A stretch of DNA of 64,000 nt from a virus. Below, piece after piece: positions 30,010 through 39,868 of this stretch. The DNA is taken from IMG/VR virus record IMGVR_UViG_3300023110_000024, positions 12,602 through 76,601 of that record; one strand, 5' to 3'. The position numbers and the translations under genes were made by a program. The notes below the pieces were generated by a model. The model searched no databases and had not been told where the DNA came from. It worked only from the letters and a program-made list of their open reading frames with translations. The number at the start of each line of letters is the position of its first letter. Position 1 is the stretch's first letter.

Positions 30010-30246
30010 TTATATTGAAACAGCCGTTTTTGCTTGTATCCAAGCTCCGCCCATATAAAAATACAATTTGCCTGTATTCATATCATACCAAGTATTGCCG
30101 TCGATTGGATTTGCAGGTGCTGTAGCAGAGGCAAATAATTGATCCGCACTTACCGTTGCCCAACCAGTTCCATTCCACTTCCAAGTAGTTCCTCCTTCAG
30201 TATAAAGTTCACCAACTGTTGTACCTTGTGGAAATGATATTGGCAT
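30010..30246 (-). CDS. Small A+B adaptor-like virion protein; start revised to 30246
   Basis: MPISFPQGTTVG matches the paralog starts; AAGGA upstream; TATAAATA at 30264-30271 lies inside the longer ORF call. Confidence 0.75.
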   Translation of the reverse strand: MPISFPQGTTVGELYTEGGTTWKWNGTGWATVSADQLFASATAPANPIDGNTWYDMNTGKLYFYMGGAWIQAKTAVSI

Positions 30247-30288
30247 AAATGTTTCCTTTATGTTATTTATAGCATTCAACCTATTGTA

Positions 30289-31317
30289 TTAAGTTGTAGC
30301 TTTTTCTAATTCTTCGACTCTTTTGGTTAATTCTTTTACGGCTTGAAGAAGTATTGTAGTCATTCTAGCATAATCTACAGTCAAATAATCTTGTCCAGAA
30401 AGACTCTCGCCATGTGCGCCTTCATCCATTTCAGATAATCTTACAAGTTCAGGAAATTGTTTTTGCACTTGTTGGGCACTCATACCATATTCTTCGCCTC
30501 TATTTTTTACACCTAGCGATTCAGCTAGTGCGTTAGGCGTATATTTGAATGTGGTTAGTTTTGATATTTTATCTAATACTTTGCCTAAATTGCCTGTTCT
30601 TGTTTTCAATCTGTCGTCTGAGGTTGTTGGGGGGACCATTGAAGTAGCTAATCCATGTGACATAGAATAGCCTGGCTGGATCCAAGATCCGCCTGCGTAA
30701 ATATAGAGTCTAGCATTGTTTGTGCTAAACCACATATCACCTTCAACCATTGTAGCTGGAGGTGTGTTGCCTACATGAGTTGCGTTATTGTCAATTTGAA
30801 CTCCATTGACATACAAGTTGCCTTTTATATTTACATTGCCTGTAGCACTTGTAACAGTTAAATCTCCTACGGCTGTATCTAATTGGTTTGGATTTGTAAC
30901 CCCTAATTGTACATCGCCGCCAATAACACCTTTACTTACAAAAGCATTTCCGTTTATGTAAGCATTATTCATTGCTGTGATATCTTGTGCTACAGAAACA
31001 TAACCTGCGTTAAAAGTTCCGTTATCACCAAACAAGTATTGTCTTGTTCCGTTATAGTGTAGAGCTAATTTTCCATTTACTGTTCCGTTAGCATCTAGTT
31101 GAAAGCTCCATTTGTGTGCATATGTTGATTCGGTGATACTTTGGACATACGATTGCGCTTCGCCTAAAACGTCAAAGTCAGTTTGAGGAGTTCCAGTTTT
31201 TACACCAATTCTTTGTTCTGAGACATCAAAGTATAAAAGATTATACTCAAATGCTAAGTCTTCACCATTACTTCTTGTAAGGTTACTTTTTAAATTTTCA
31301 CCTGCTACCTTTAACAT
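30289..31317 (-). CDS. Tail fibre with C-terminal peptidase S74 intramolecular chaperone
   Basis: SDDRLKT...GMSAQQVQKQFPELV...VDYARMTTILLQAVKEL...ELE. Confidence 0.85.
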   Translation of the reverse strand: MLKVAGENLKSNLTRSNGEDLAFEYNLLYFDVSEQRIGVKTGTPQTDFDVLGEAQSYVQSITESTYAHKWSFQLDANGTVNGKLALHYNGTRQYLFGDNGTFNAGYVSVAQDITAMNNAYINGNAFVSKGVIGGDVQLGVTNPNQLDTAVGDLTVTSATGNVNIKGNLYVNGVQIDNNATHVGNTPPATMVEGDMWFSTNNARLYIYAGGSWIQPGYSMSHGLATSMVPPTTSDDRLKTRTGNLGKVLDKISKLTTFKYTPNALAESLGVKNRGEEYGMSAQQVQKQFPELVRLSEMDEGAHGESLSGQDYLTVDYARMTTILLQAVKELTKRVEELEKATT

Positions 31318-31335
31318 TATTTCAAAGTCCTCATT

Positions 31336-32340
31336 TTAATATCCCGAAACCGACACTGCATCATATACTGAATTTGATAGATCATTACTATGTATAGTAT
31401 TAGCATAATCATCAAATTTAATTCTTTGTAATACTACTGTGCCTATAGTTCTTAAACTAGATAATCCTCCAGCAATCAATCCTTCTGTACTGTTGGTTGA
31501 CATTGTCATCCAATATCCTGGATTTGTAACAGTTGTAGTCAATGTTATTGTATCTACAAGATCATCAAATCTAAGTTTTTCTACAGTATCATATTCAGCA
31601 GCAGTTCCAGGATTCTGTCCGCCAACAATAATTGCTTCTTTTCCGTTTGAGCAAGCATCACCTTTTGATCTTCTAGTAGGAAGTGTTTTATCCATAACCA
31701 TTACAGCAATAGTGTCTGCTAATAGAACCTTTTCGTTATTTGGGATTGCATTGCCTGAAGCATTCTCACCTTCAAATATAATGGCTGATTCTCCATTTCC
31801 TGCAACTGCAGCATGATTTCTATTAGTGTTTAGGCTATTTGATGCTACTACTACTGATCCAGTATCATCATATGCTATTCTTCTTGATGTTGCTAATAAT
31901 CCTGTTGTGCCTTCTCCAGCTATAAACCATATATTAGATTTGTTTCCTGTTGCATGATGATGTCTAATTCCTAATCCTATATTGGTTGACATTGTTGTTA
32001 CAACCGTAGAGTCATCGATTCTCATTTTTTCAGCACTACTTAAATGGGTAGATGTTGTATTTTCTCCGCCACCCATTACAGCATCATAGTTATTTGATGC
32101 TCCGCCGTGTGCTTTTCTACTAGTGTTTAACGAATTGGTGTGAATAACTGTTGCCATATCATCGTTAAATCTAGCTCTTTCTATGTCAGCGGTAGGAGTA
32201 TCAGTGCTAGTAAGAGAACCTCCAACCATAATTGCTTGATTGCCAGCACCATGCCCATCTAAACAGAATACATAATCTGCTAGTTCTCCAACACTTATTC
32301 CATCCAATGAATCGGCAACTATAATAATATCTTTTGGCAT
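31336..32340 (-). CDS. Kelch-like beta-propeller protein (pair 2, second gene)
   Basis: RFNDD, RIDD, RFDD and KFDD blades; N-terminus IIVAD...ELADYVFCLDGHG parallels IIFAD...DLADAVIIDGHG in 23264..24295. Confidence 0.75.
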   Translation of the reverse strand: MPKDIIIVADSLDGISVGELADYVFCLDGHGAGNQAIMVGGSLTSTDTPTADIERARFNDDMATVIHTNSLNTSRKAHGGASNNYDAVMGGGENTTSTHLSSAEKMRIDDSTVVTTMSTNIGLGIRHHHATGNKSNIWFIAGEGTTGLLATSRRIAYDDTGSVVVASNSLNTNRNHAAVAGNGESAIIFEGENASGNAIPNNEKVLLADTIAVMVMDKTLPTRRSKGDACSNGKEAIIVGGQNPGTAAEYDTVEKLRFDDLVDTITLTTTVTNPGYWMTMSTNSTEGLIAGGLSSLRTIGTVVLQRIKFDDYANTIHSNDLSNSVYDAVSVSGY

Positions 32341-32341
32341 A

Positions 32342-33451
32342 TCAATAACCTTGGGCGCTCGCTAATCCATATTTTGATTCTGATAGTAAATTTGTATGTA
32401 TTGCGTGAGCACTATCATCAAATTTTACAGATTCAACTGTATCTGTTGTATCCCCTGAATGTAAATTTCCTCCTGCTATCAATAATCCATCAAAACCATT
32501 TGATTGTGCAGTAGCACTATGAACTGCTTGGGAATAGGTATTTACAAATACTGATGTAAAAACAGAATCATCAAATCTTGTTTTCTCAAATAGTGGAGAA
32601 TTAGTTGCACTATCACTATCACCAGTAAATATCATTTCAAATTCTGTTGATCCTCCAGATAATCTATTTCTAGGAACAGTTAAGGAATTAGATAGTGTAT
32701 AAGAGGGTACAACATCGTCATATCTAAATCTTTCTATGCTTGATAATTGCCCTGCAGAAGAGTTAACACCGCCAGCAAAACAAATTTGATTCCTATCTGA
32801 TCCTGCAGCACAATAATGTCTACCTACAGAAAGTCCGTTAGTCATAACTACCATAGCAGAATCATCAAATTTAACTTTATCAATTGCTGATACATCTGTT
32901 ACACCGCCACCAAATAGTGCTTCTCCAAAACTTGCAGCGCCTGCTAATCCTCTTTTATTTGTTGATAATCTATTGGTAAATTGAACTGCAGGTATGCTAT
33001 CATCAAATTTTAGCTTTTGAATTAAATCAGCAGCACCACTTCCTCCCCCAAATACAGCCTGTCTTCCATCTGATGTGCCTGCTAGATAGTGTTTTCCATT
33101 ATTCAAATCGTTTGTATGAACAATAGTTGGTATAATATCATCATACCTTAATCGCTCAACTGTGCTACGACGTCCAGTACCACCTCCGCCAAATCCGCCA
33201 CCAAACACAATTTCTGTGTAGGATCTTTTTACAATAGCTGGGTGTCCTGAAAAAAATAAATCTTTTAAATAAACTTTCTTTGTCATATCCGAAGTCATGT
33301 ATGCGTCAGCAATTACAACACGATCCTTTCCTGTAATTGAATCACCCGATGGAACTCCAACAACTAGTCCCAAGTCCATTGCATAATCGTCTTCGATTGC
33401 AAATTCATTCGTTGGGTTTTTTGTTTTTTCTAAATGCAACTTTACTGTCAT
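32342..33451 (-). CDS. Kelch-like beta-propeller protein (pair 2, first gene)
   Basis: About six F(G/A)GG...(R/K)(Y/F)DD...NxLS blades. Confidence 0.75.
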   Translation of the reverse strand: MTVKLHLEKTKNPTNEFAIEDDYAMDLGLVVGVPSGDSITGKDRVVIADAYMTSDMTKKVYLKDLFFSGHPAIVKRSYTEIVFGGGFGGGGTGRRSTVERLRYDDIIPTIVHTNDLNNGKHYLAGTSDGRQAVFGGGSGAADLIQKLKFDDSIPAVQFTNRLSTNKRGLAGAASFGEALFGGGVTDVSAIDKVKFDDSAMVVMTNGLSVGRHYCAAGSDRNQICFAGGVNSSAGQLSSIERFRYDDVVPSYTLSNSLTVPRNRLSGGSTEFEMIFTGDSDSATNSPLFEKTRFDDSVFTSVFVNTYSQAVHSATAQSNGFDGLLIAGGNLHSGDTTDTVESVKFDDSAHAIHTNLLSESKYGLASAQGY

Positions 33452-35721
33452 TAGTTAAACCTATAAATAACCTGAGTAGCCGTTTCTTCTCTAGATATTC
33501 TTTGTGATGTTGCTAAATCATACATATCTTTTATAACAAATTCATTATTAGCAAAGTCCCATTGTAATATCTCTCCATTGATTGCTTCTGAAGATTCACT
33601 TGGTACTGTCAAACTAAATCCTGCTTGAAATTCATAAGAGCTAGTAGCAGCATTATAAGTTAGGATATCTCCATCGGTTGTAGTTCCAGATACATCATTT
33701 AAATCAGCAATACTAGCGGCAGCTATTCTAGCATCAGCTTGAGCATCTGTATATCCTGTTGCTGTGCCTGGTACCCATGCTGAAGTTCCAGAATCATATA
33801 CTAGTGCTTGTCCATCACTTGGAGTTCCTATGGTTGTATCTGTTAAGTCTGCTAAAGTAGTTGATCCACCACCTCCGCTTGAAACAGTAGCTGGAATCCA
33901 TTTATTAGAAGAACCATCCCATGTAAGAACATCGCCAGTATTCGGTGATCCTGCATCTACATTGTTAAGATCATCCAATACTTTCTTTTGTGGAACCCAA
34001 GTATATCCTGTTCCTGCACCATTTACAATCATCTGATTTCCAGCAGTAAGTGAACCTGGTGCATTTACATTACCAATATCTGTAAGAAGTGCTACGGTGG
34101 TACCACCACCACTAGATACAGTTGTAAATGAAAAAGTACCTGCGCCATCAGTTGTTAATACTTGTCCAGCAGCACCGTCTATAATAGATAAATCAGTCAA
34201 TACAGTAGGAATGACAGGAGGAGTATAGGTAAAGACACCTGTTGAATTGTCATATGCCAATGTTCCTGTACCAGATGCGCTATTTTGGGTTACAGATAAA
34301 TTAGTTAGTGCAATACCTCCGTTGCCTGGTATCCATTTTGAAGTACCAGAATCATATACTAGTGCTTGTCCGTCACTTGGTGATCCTGCATCTATGTCAT
34401 TAAGATCGACTAATAGTTTCTTTTGTGGAACCCAAACATAACCTGTTCCTGAAGAGTGTACTACTAGTTGATTTCCAGCATTAGTTGATCCTGCAATAGC
34501 TACATCGCCAATATCTGTAAGAGACGCTACGCTAGTCAAATAATTAGAGTCATTTGTAAAGGTGCTAACATTTGTAGGAATGCGAGCATCAACTCTAGCA
34601 TCTGTATAATAAAGATTTGTAGATCCTTCAGTTAGATTATCTGTTGTTTTGGTATTGAATCTAGAATCAAACCTTCCGTTAGTGTAATATAAATTAGAAG
34701 TATGTTCAGTTACATTTGAAGTATCTAATGTGACAACGCCTGTTTTTCCAGCAACGGATGTAACTAAATTAGTATCATCTAATAAAGCTGACAAATCCAT
34801 TGTAAAAGTAGTTCCATCGTCTCTAGTAAATGTAACAATGCCTGTGCCTGAGTCTAATGTTCCTGAGGCTATTGAGCGAGAATCTTCATCTAATAATCCT
34901 GACAAATCTATGTTAGTAGTATTTCCGTTTTCATCACTATATGATAAAGTAGTTGTGCCTGCAGTGTATGAAAGTGCTGTTGGTTCTTTTGATCCTGGTA
35001 TCCATTTATTAGTAGAGTTATCCCATTGTAAAAATTGTCCATCTGTTGGTGATCCTGCATTTACGTTATTAAGATCATCTAATACTTTCTTTTGTGGGAC
35101 CCAAGTATATCCATCTCCTGTTCCATTTACTACCATCATATTTCCAGCGGTAGTTGATCCAGGAACATTTACATTGCCAATATCTGTAAGGATTGCTGCG
35201 CTAATTCTTCCATCAGCTCTAGCATCTGTATAATAAAGATTTGATGAGCCTTCAGCTACATCGTCAGTTGATTTAGTAGCGAGTCTTGTATCAAAATCTG
35301 TATTGGTCCTTGCTGTAGTATAATACAGATTTGTTGAACCTTCGGATACATTGTCAGTTGTTTTAGTGGTAAGCCTTGCGTCAAAATCTGTGTTAGCTCT
35401 AGCTGTTGTATAATAAAGATTTGTTGTTCCTTCTGCTAGATCATCTGTTGATCCTATAGCAGAGCCTGAAGTGATAGGAACCCATTTGCTAGTTGCGCCA
35501 TCAAAACTTAAAAGTTGATTATTAGTAGGCGCAGTAGAAAAATCTACATCAGCCAAACCTTCGATGGTTCCGGATGCTACTGTCTTGATATTATTTAATG
35601 TATCTTTTACAAAAATTTTGCCATCGGCTAAGTTTAAGGCTACTTCGCCTGTTTGTAACGAAGATGGAGCAGGGACTGCTCCAGGAGTTGAAGAAGATTT
35701 TAGTTTTATTACGGTTGCCAT
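33451..35721 (-). CDS. Long tail fibre protein
   Basis: N-terminal IKLKSS...GEVALNLADGKIF attachment motif; TDDLxEGxTNLYYT and LxDLxDV...DGQxLxWD...KW repeats; C-terminal REE motif. Confidence 0.85.
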   Translation of the reverse strand: MATVIKLKSSSTPGAVPAPSSLQTGEVALNLADGKIFVKDTLNNIKTVASGTIEGLADVDFSTAPTNNQLLSFDGATSKWVPITSGSAIGSTDDLAEGTTNLYYTTARANTDFDARLTTKTTDNVSEGSTNLYYTTARTNTDFDTRLATKSTDDVAEGSSNLYYTDARADGRISAAILTDIGNVNVPGSTTAGNMMVVNGTGDGYTWVPQKKVLDDLNNVNAGSPTDGQFLQWDNSTNKWIPGSKEPTALSYTAGTTTLSYSDENGNTTNIDLSGLLDEDSRSIASGTLDSGTGIVTFTRDDGTTFTMDLSALLDDTNLVTSVAGKTGVVTLDTSNVTEHTSNLYYTNGRFDSRFNTKTTDNLTEGSTNLYYTDARVDARIPTNVSTFTNDSNYLTSVASLTDIGDVAIAGSTNAGNQLVVHSSGTGYVWVPQKKLLVDLNDIDAGSPSDGQALVYDSGTSKWIPGNGGIALTNLSVTQNSASGTGTLAYDNSTGVFTYTPPVIPTVLTDLSIIDGAAGQVLTTDGAGTFSFTTVSSGGGTTVALLTDIGNVNAPGSLTAGNQMIVNGAGTGYTWVPQKKVLDDLNNVDAGSPNTGDVLTWDGSSNKWIPATVSSGGGGSTTLADLTDTTIGTPSDGQALVYDSGTSAWVPGTATGYTDAQADARIAAASIADLNDVSGTTTDGDILTYNAATSSYEFQAGFSLTVPSESSEAINGEILQWDFANNEFVIKDMYDLATSQRISREETATQVIYRFN

Positions 35722-35727
35722 TATGGT

Positions 35728-35790
35728 ATATCCTTCGTCATAATTCTATAAAAGTATTTATCTTTATATAGAAATCGTATCGAAGGATAT
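35728..35790 (-). promoter_or_regulatory. RBS-sequestering hairpin with a late promoter in its loop
   Basis: atatccttcg (35728-37) pairs with cgaaggatat (35781-90); ttctataaaag pairs with cttt-a-tatagaa; apical loop is tatttat (ATAAATA on -). Confidence 0.65.
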
Positions 35791-35792
35791 TA

Positions 35793-36596
35793 TTAGAAAC
35801 TAGCCGCCTCCCAAACTATCCCATTCCCAGATAAATCAAATTCTGTGACTGATACTGGGCCATCTATTTCTAAAAAGTAACCGTTAGTGCCAAATCCACC
35901 CGTGTATGGTATTGCGCCAATATTTCCATTTGAGTCTGTGCTTATAAAGCTACTTGGATTTGGGAAATCGCCTTGATCGCCATCAATCATATAGCAGCGC
36001 CAAAAATTCATTCCTCCACTGTATGGTGTCATTGAGCCAGCATTATTTCCTATATAAGCTCCAATAGTATGCGTAATTTGTTCGCCTGTTGATGAAGTAT
36101 TTGCATTAAATGCTTGATAAGTGTGCTGATTTGAGAATAAGGAAGTCCAAGCGGTTACAGGTCCAATTATTGCTACACCGTCTCGATAGATAGTGACTGT
36201 TTGATCTGTTATATCAGCTGAATTTCTATAATGATTAACTTGTATATGATACCATTGCCCTGCTACCATACCTGACGCAGTAGATAGGTCTATATTATAT
36301 CCTGAATCATTATTGTGTTGCCAATAATGTAGAGAGCCATCGCTTCTTATCATAAGAGCAGATGATCGAGCAGCACTGCCTTGATATGCTGCTCCTGCAA
36401 TTGCTCTATTTTCTGTAAAGTCAGGTATATTGACCCACATTGATAAAACAAAAGAGCTTCCTAAATTATTAGCAAATGAACCGCCTGTTGATCTTGGAAA
36501 TTTTAAAAACTGATTAGTCCCAAGAGAACTACCTGTTGGCATAGTTATTGCAACAGGTGGTGTTTTATTTGTTTGGCTTATCAGCGGAAAGCTCAT
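35793..36596 (-). CDS. Concanavalin A/LamG-like lectin domain protein
   Basis: SFVLSMWV, GQWYHI, VTIYRDGV and GGFGTNGYFL...DLSGNG motifs. Confidence 0.75.
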   Translation of the reverse strand: MSFPLISQTNKTPPVAITMPTGSSLGTNQFLKFPRSTGGSFANNLGSSFVLSMWVNIPDFTENRAIAGAAYQGSAARSSALMIRSDGSLHYWQHNNDSGYNIDLSTASGMVAGQWYHIQVNHYRNSADITDQTVTIYRDGVAIIGPVTAWTSLFSNQHTYQAFNANTSSTGEQITHTIGAYIGNNAGSMTPYSGGMNFWRCYMIDGDQGDFPNPSSFISTDSNGNIGAIPYTGGFGTNGYFLEIDGPVSVTEFDLSGNGIVWEAASF

Positions 36597-37255
36597 GTTA
36601 AGGATCCTGAAGAGGCTACAAGCACATCAGTTCCATCAGTAAAATATGCTAACCAATAAATACCAGCGTTTCCATTGATTGCTGATAAATCGTTGGCTGA
36701 TATTTTTACATTAGTTCCTTGTGTAACTCCGTGCCCTCCACTGTTATCAAAATATATAGATCCAGATTGTCCATTTACTAAATTTGAAAAGCCTATAGTT
36801 ATAGCTCCTGCAGGAGTGCATTTGAAATTAGTTCCTGCAGACATATCAAATGTTCCAGTAGTTTGTAATACTACTGCTGTAGATCCACCAAACGATGAGG
36901 TTCCGTCTGTATTAACAGTTGCTACATCAGTTCCATTATAGTTAAAAATCAGTTGATTACTGGCATTTACTGAAAATGTCCATTTGGTTGAGCTTATAAA
37001 AGATGCTTGAATACCAATTGGTCCATAAAAATCACTTCCTGATTTGTCAGCTTTATTCATAGACAAGCCGGCATCAACTGAATTTAAATTTTGTATAGCA
37101 GTATCTAGTTTCTCCAAACTTTGAACTACTGAATCTCCGCTAGAAATTGTCCCAGGTGATCCAGATACATTAATTGAGCCTGAGCTTGGATCAATTCCTA
37201 TACTTGAATTAGTAAGGGCCAGCTGGTTACTGACTGAACTTAGTGAAATTGCCAT
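36593..37255 (-). CDS. Fibre-associated protein
   Basis: S/G/N-rich; KWTFSVNASNQLIFNYNG motif; C-terminal FDMSAGTNF...GQSGSI...YFTDGT domain. Confidence 0.65.
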   Translation of the reverse strand: MAISLSSVSNQLALTNSSIGIDPSSGSINVSGSPGTISSGDSVVQSLEKLDTAIQNLNSVDAGLSMNKADKSGSDFYGPIGIQASFISSTKWTFSVNASNQLIFNYNGTDVATVNTDGTSSFGGSTAVVLQTTGTFDMSAGTNFKCTPAGAITIGFSNLVNGQSGSIYFDNSGGHGVTQGTNVKISANDLSAINGNAGIYWLAYFTDGTDVLVASSGSLT

Positions 37256-37266
37256 TTATAATCCTT

Positions 37267-38466
37267 TTATAAAGTTTCCTGTGCAGAAATGTCGCCAGCT
37301 GCTAGAACATTACCTGCTGTTGTAATCTTGAAAAGCGTAGAAGTTCCATGCTTAATAACTACATTCCCATCAACATCTTGTTCCATAGCCCAACCGCCAG
37401 CACCAACTGACAAAGTTTTAGTTGCAAAATCTTGCGTATTATCTCCACTGATGTTAGCCTTGTTAGGAAGTTCTGTTACAGTTACTGCAAGATTTACATC
37501 AGCAGTACCGTCCAATGTTACGCTACCTGTAGTATCTCCACCTAATGTAATAGTTCTAGCAGTTTTCCATTTCTCTGCTCTTTTGACATTTAGTTTGATA
37601 TCTGGCTTATTGGCTGTGCCATCGAATCCTACTGATCCAACAACATCACCTAAATTAGCTTCGTCGTCAATATATGTAACAGTAATAGGATTAGTCCATT
37701 TGTCAGCTTGCAGAGCTGTTAGTGTTACATCAATGCTTCCTTCGTTACCAGTAAAAGCACCTGTTGAACCTGTAGCATATGTGCCAATAAAATTTACAGT
37801 CAAAGAATTTTCTAGTTGAGTAGCAGTATCAGCATTGCCACCAACTGGTCCAACAAAAGAATTTGCTGTTACAGTATTGAATGTTCCATCATTTACTACA
37901 ATGTTGCCTTTCATTCCGCTAAATGATTCGCTAGTGTTCGTAGCGTCAGGAATAAATGTAAAAGCATTATCGGCTCGGCTAAAGCCAAAATAACCAATTT
38001 TTGCACCAGCTCCATCATGCCATCGGTATTCAATACCGCGATCTAATCCGTCGTTTGTAGTAGGAGCTATATCACCACCTAGTGTCATAACTGGGTCGTC
38101 AATTGTAACTTGTTGTGAATTGACAGTTGTAGTTGTACCGCCTACAATCAAATTACCAATAACCGTTAGATTACTGCTGAAGGTTGAAGGTTGAGCCACA
38201 GTCAAAGTATTGCTTAATGTTAGTGGTGAAGCAATAGTTTGTCCAGTAGCTCTGGTTTGTGATACTGAATCAACTTTAATATTTTCAACACTTGTATCCA
38301 TGTTGGAAAGACCCGTCATCAAAGGAACATTTGTTCCAAGATGTGTGCCTGTTACTGTTGATGATCCGCCAGCAAAAGTTCCTCTGTTGGCGCCTGTTGT
38401 TTCCATTCCAAAAGCGGCTAGGCTTTTTTCATAGTCGGTATTTAATTGATTTAATGAAACTGCCAT
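37267..38466 (-). CDS. Tail fibre protein
   Basis: Shared TTTTVNS...DRGIEY domain; GNADTATQL and KWKTARTITLGGDTTGSV fibre motifs. Confidence 0.8.
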   Translation of the reverse strand: MAVSLNQLNTDYEKSLAAFGMETTGANRGTFAGGSSTVTGTHLGTNVPLMTGLSNMDTSVENIKVDSVSQTRATGQTIASPLTLSNTLTVAQPSTFSSNLTVIGNLIVGGTTTTVNSQQVTIDDPVMTLGGDIAPTTNDGLDRGIEYRWHDGAGAKIGYFGFSRADNAFTFIPDATNTSESFSGMKGNIVVNDGTFNTVTANSFVGPVGGNADTATQLENSLTVNFIGTYATGSTGAFTGNEGSIDVTLTALQADKWTNPITVTYIDDEANLGDVVGSVGFDGTANKPDIKLNVKRAEKWKTARTITLGGDTTGSVTLDGTADVNLAVTVTELPNKANISGDNTQDFATKTLSVGAGGWAMEQDVDGNVVIKHGTSTLFKITTAGNVLAAGDISAQETL

Positions 38467-38480
38467 TTATATACTCCTTA

Positions 38481-39866
38481 TTATATAGTTACATCGGTTC
38501 CGCTCTGGAAGACACCAGTAGAATCCATTTTAAACATTACAGTTCCGCCAATAGAGAATAATATATCATTACTGGCGTTTGTTTGAATAGTCCAGTTGCC
38601 CAAATATACTGTGTCAGTAATTTTAGCTGAACCTTGTATTTCGATATTGTCATTTATTTGTACTGTTCCCCCAGCTGAATCTATTATTAAATTGCCAGCG
38701 TCAGTATCAATAGTGTTGCTAGTTGTTACAGCAGTTTGGATATTGCCAACTGCTGTATTTTGAGAAAGTAATCCACCAATATAAGCATACTGCCAATAAG
38801 TAGATGGAGATCCTAAAGATCGAGCTAAATCTGTGTCTGGCACAATATCAGAGTTTACGAGACCATATATTGCTACTCTATCATCTGAATTATTGCCAAG
38901 ATAGTTTTCTGCTCCTGCTGCTATAAATGTTCCAAGGAATGTTGATTGTCCTACTACCGCTAGTTGAGCTCCTAATGTAGTATCTCCGGTTACAGTAAGC
39001 GTTCCGTCTAAACCACTATTACCTACTACATTAAAACCGCCTGTCACTGTAGTAGTGACTAAATTACTAGCACTTAAGACTGTCAAAGCACCGTCTATTT
39101 GCGTAGCGCCTGTAATACCAGCAGTTCCAGAAACAGACAAATTGTTGTTTATATTAGTAGCTCCTGTAACACTAAGAGTATTTCCTAATGTAGTAGCTCC
39201 CGTAACACCTAATGTTGAGCTTAGTGTAGTAGCTCCAGAAACTCCTAAAGTTCCGCCTATAGTAGTGTTTGAAGTAACACCTAATGTTGAGCTTAGTGTA
39301 GTAGCTCCTGCAACTGATAGTGTTCCTAGCAAAGTAGAATTTTCATCAATCTGTAAAGTATCAATAGTTGCTTTTCCGTTGATGTAGAGATCTTTCCATT
39401 GTTGTGTTGTGCTTCCAAGATCATATGTATCATCTACATCTGGAATAATATTTGATGTAATGTCAGCAGCAATAGTCAATGTATCTGTAGCAGCATCACC
39501 AGCATTGGAATTTCCGCCAATAGTAATATTTCCTGTCAAATCAAAATTGCCGCCTACTGCTAAGTCTCCACTAATAGTAAGAGAAGAAATAGATGGGCTT
39601 GATGTAAATGTTAATACACCTGCTCCGTCTGTTTGTAATACTTCTCCTGGATTACCTACTGTAGGTGGTAGCGTTAGCTTAATATTTGATGCTACTTCTG
39701 CTCCAACTATTTGTGTTGAGAATGAGTTAGCTGAGTTATTGACATAAAAACCGCCTCCTTCTCCTGCATCTCCTCGCAATAAGAAAAAATCACCTGGTGC
39801 TAGTTCGCCTAAGGCAGTTACTATTCCAGACGTTTTAATTGCTTTTACTAATTCAACTTGTGCCAT
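38481..39866 (-). CDS. Tail fibre protein
   Basis: 12-aa GATTLSSTLGVT repeats; IIPDVDDTYDLGS motif. Confidence 0.8.
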   Translation of the reverse strand: MAQVELVKAIKTSGIVTALGELAPGDFFLLRGDAGEGGGFYVNNSANSFSTQIVGAEVASNIKLTLPPTVGNPGEVLQTDGAGVLTFTSSPSISSLTISGDLAVGGNFDLTGNITIGGNSNAGDAATDTLTIAADITSNIIPDVDDTYDLGSTTQQWKDLYINGKATIDTLQIDENSTLLGTLSVAGATTLSSTLGVTSNTTIGGTLGVSGATTLSSTLGVTGATTLGNTLSVTGATNINNNLSVSGTAGITGATQIDGALTVLSASNLVTTTVTGGFNVVGNSGLDGTLTVTGDTTLGAQLAVVGQSTFLGTFIAAGAENYLGNNSDDRVAIYGLVNSDIVPDTDLARSLGSPSTYWQYAYIGGLLSQNTAVGNIQTAVTTSNTIDTDAGNLIIDSAGGTVQINDNIEIQGSAKITDTVYLGNWTIQTNASNDILFSIGGTVMFKMDSTGVFQSGTDVTI

Positions 39867-39868
39867 AT

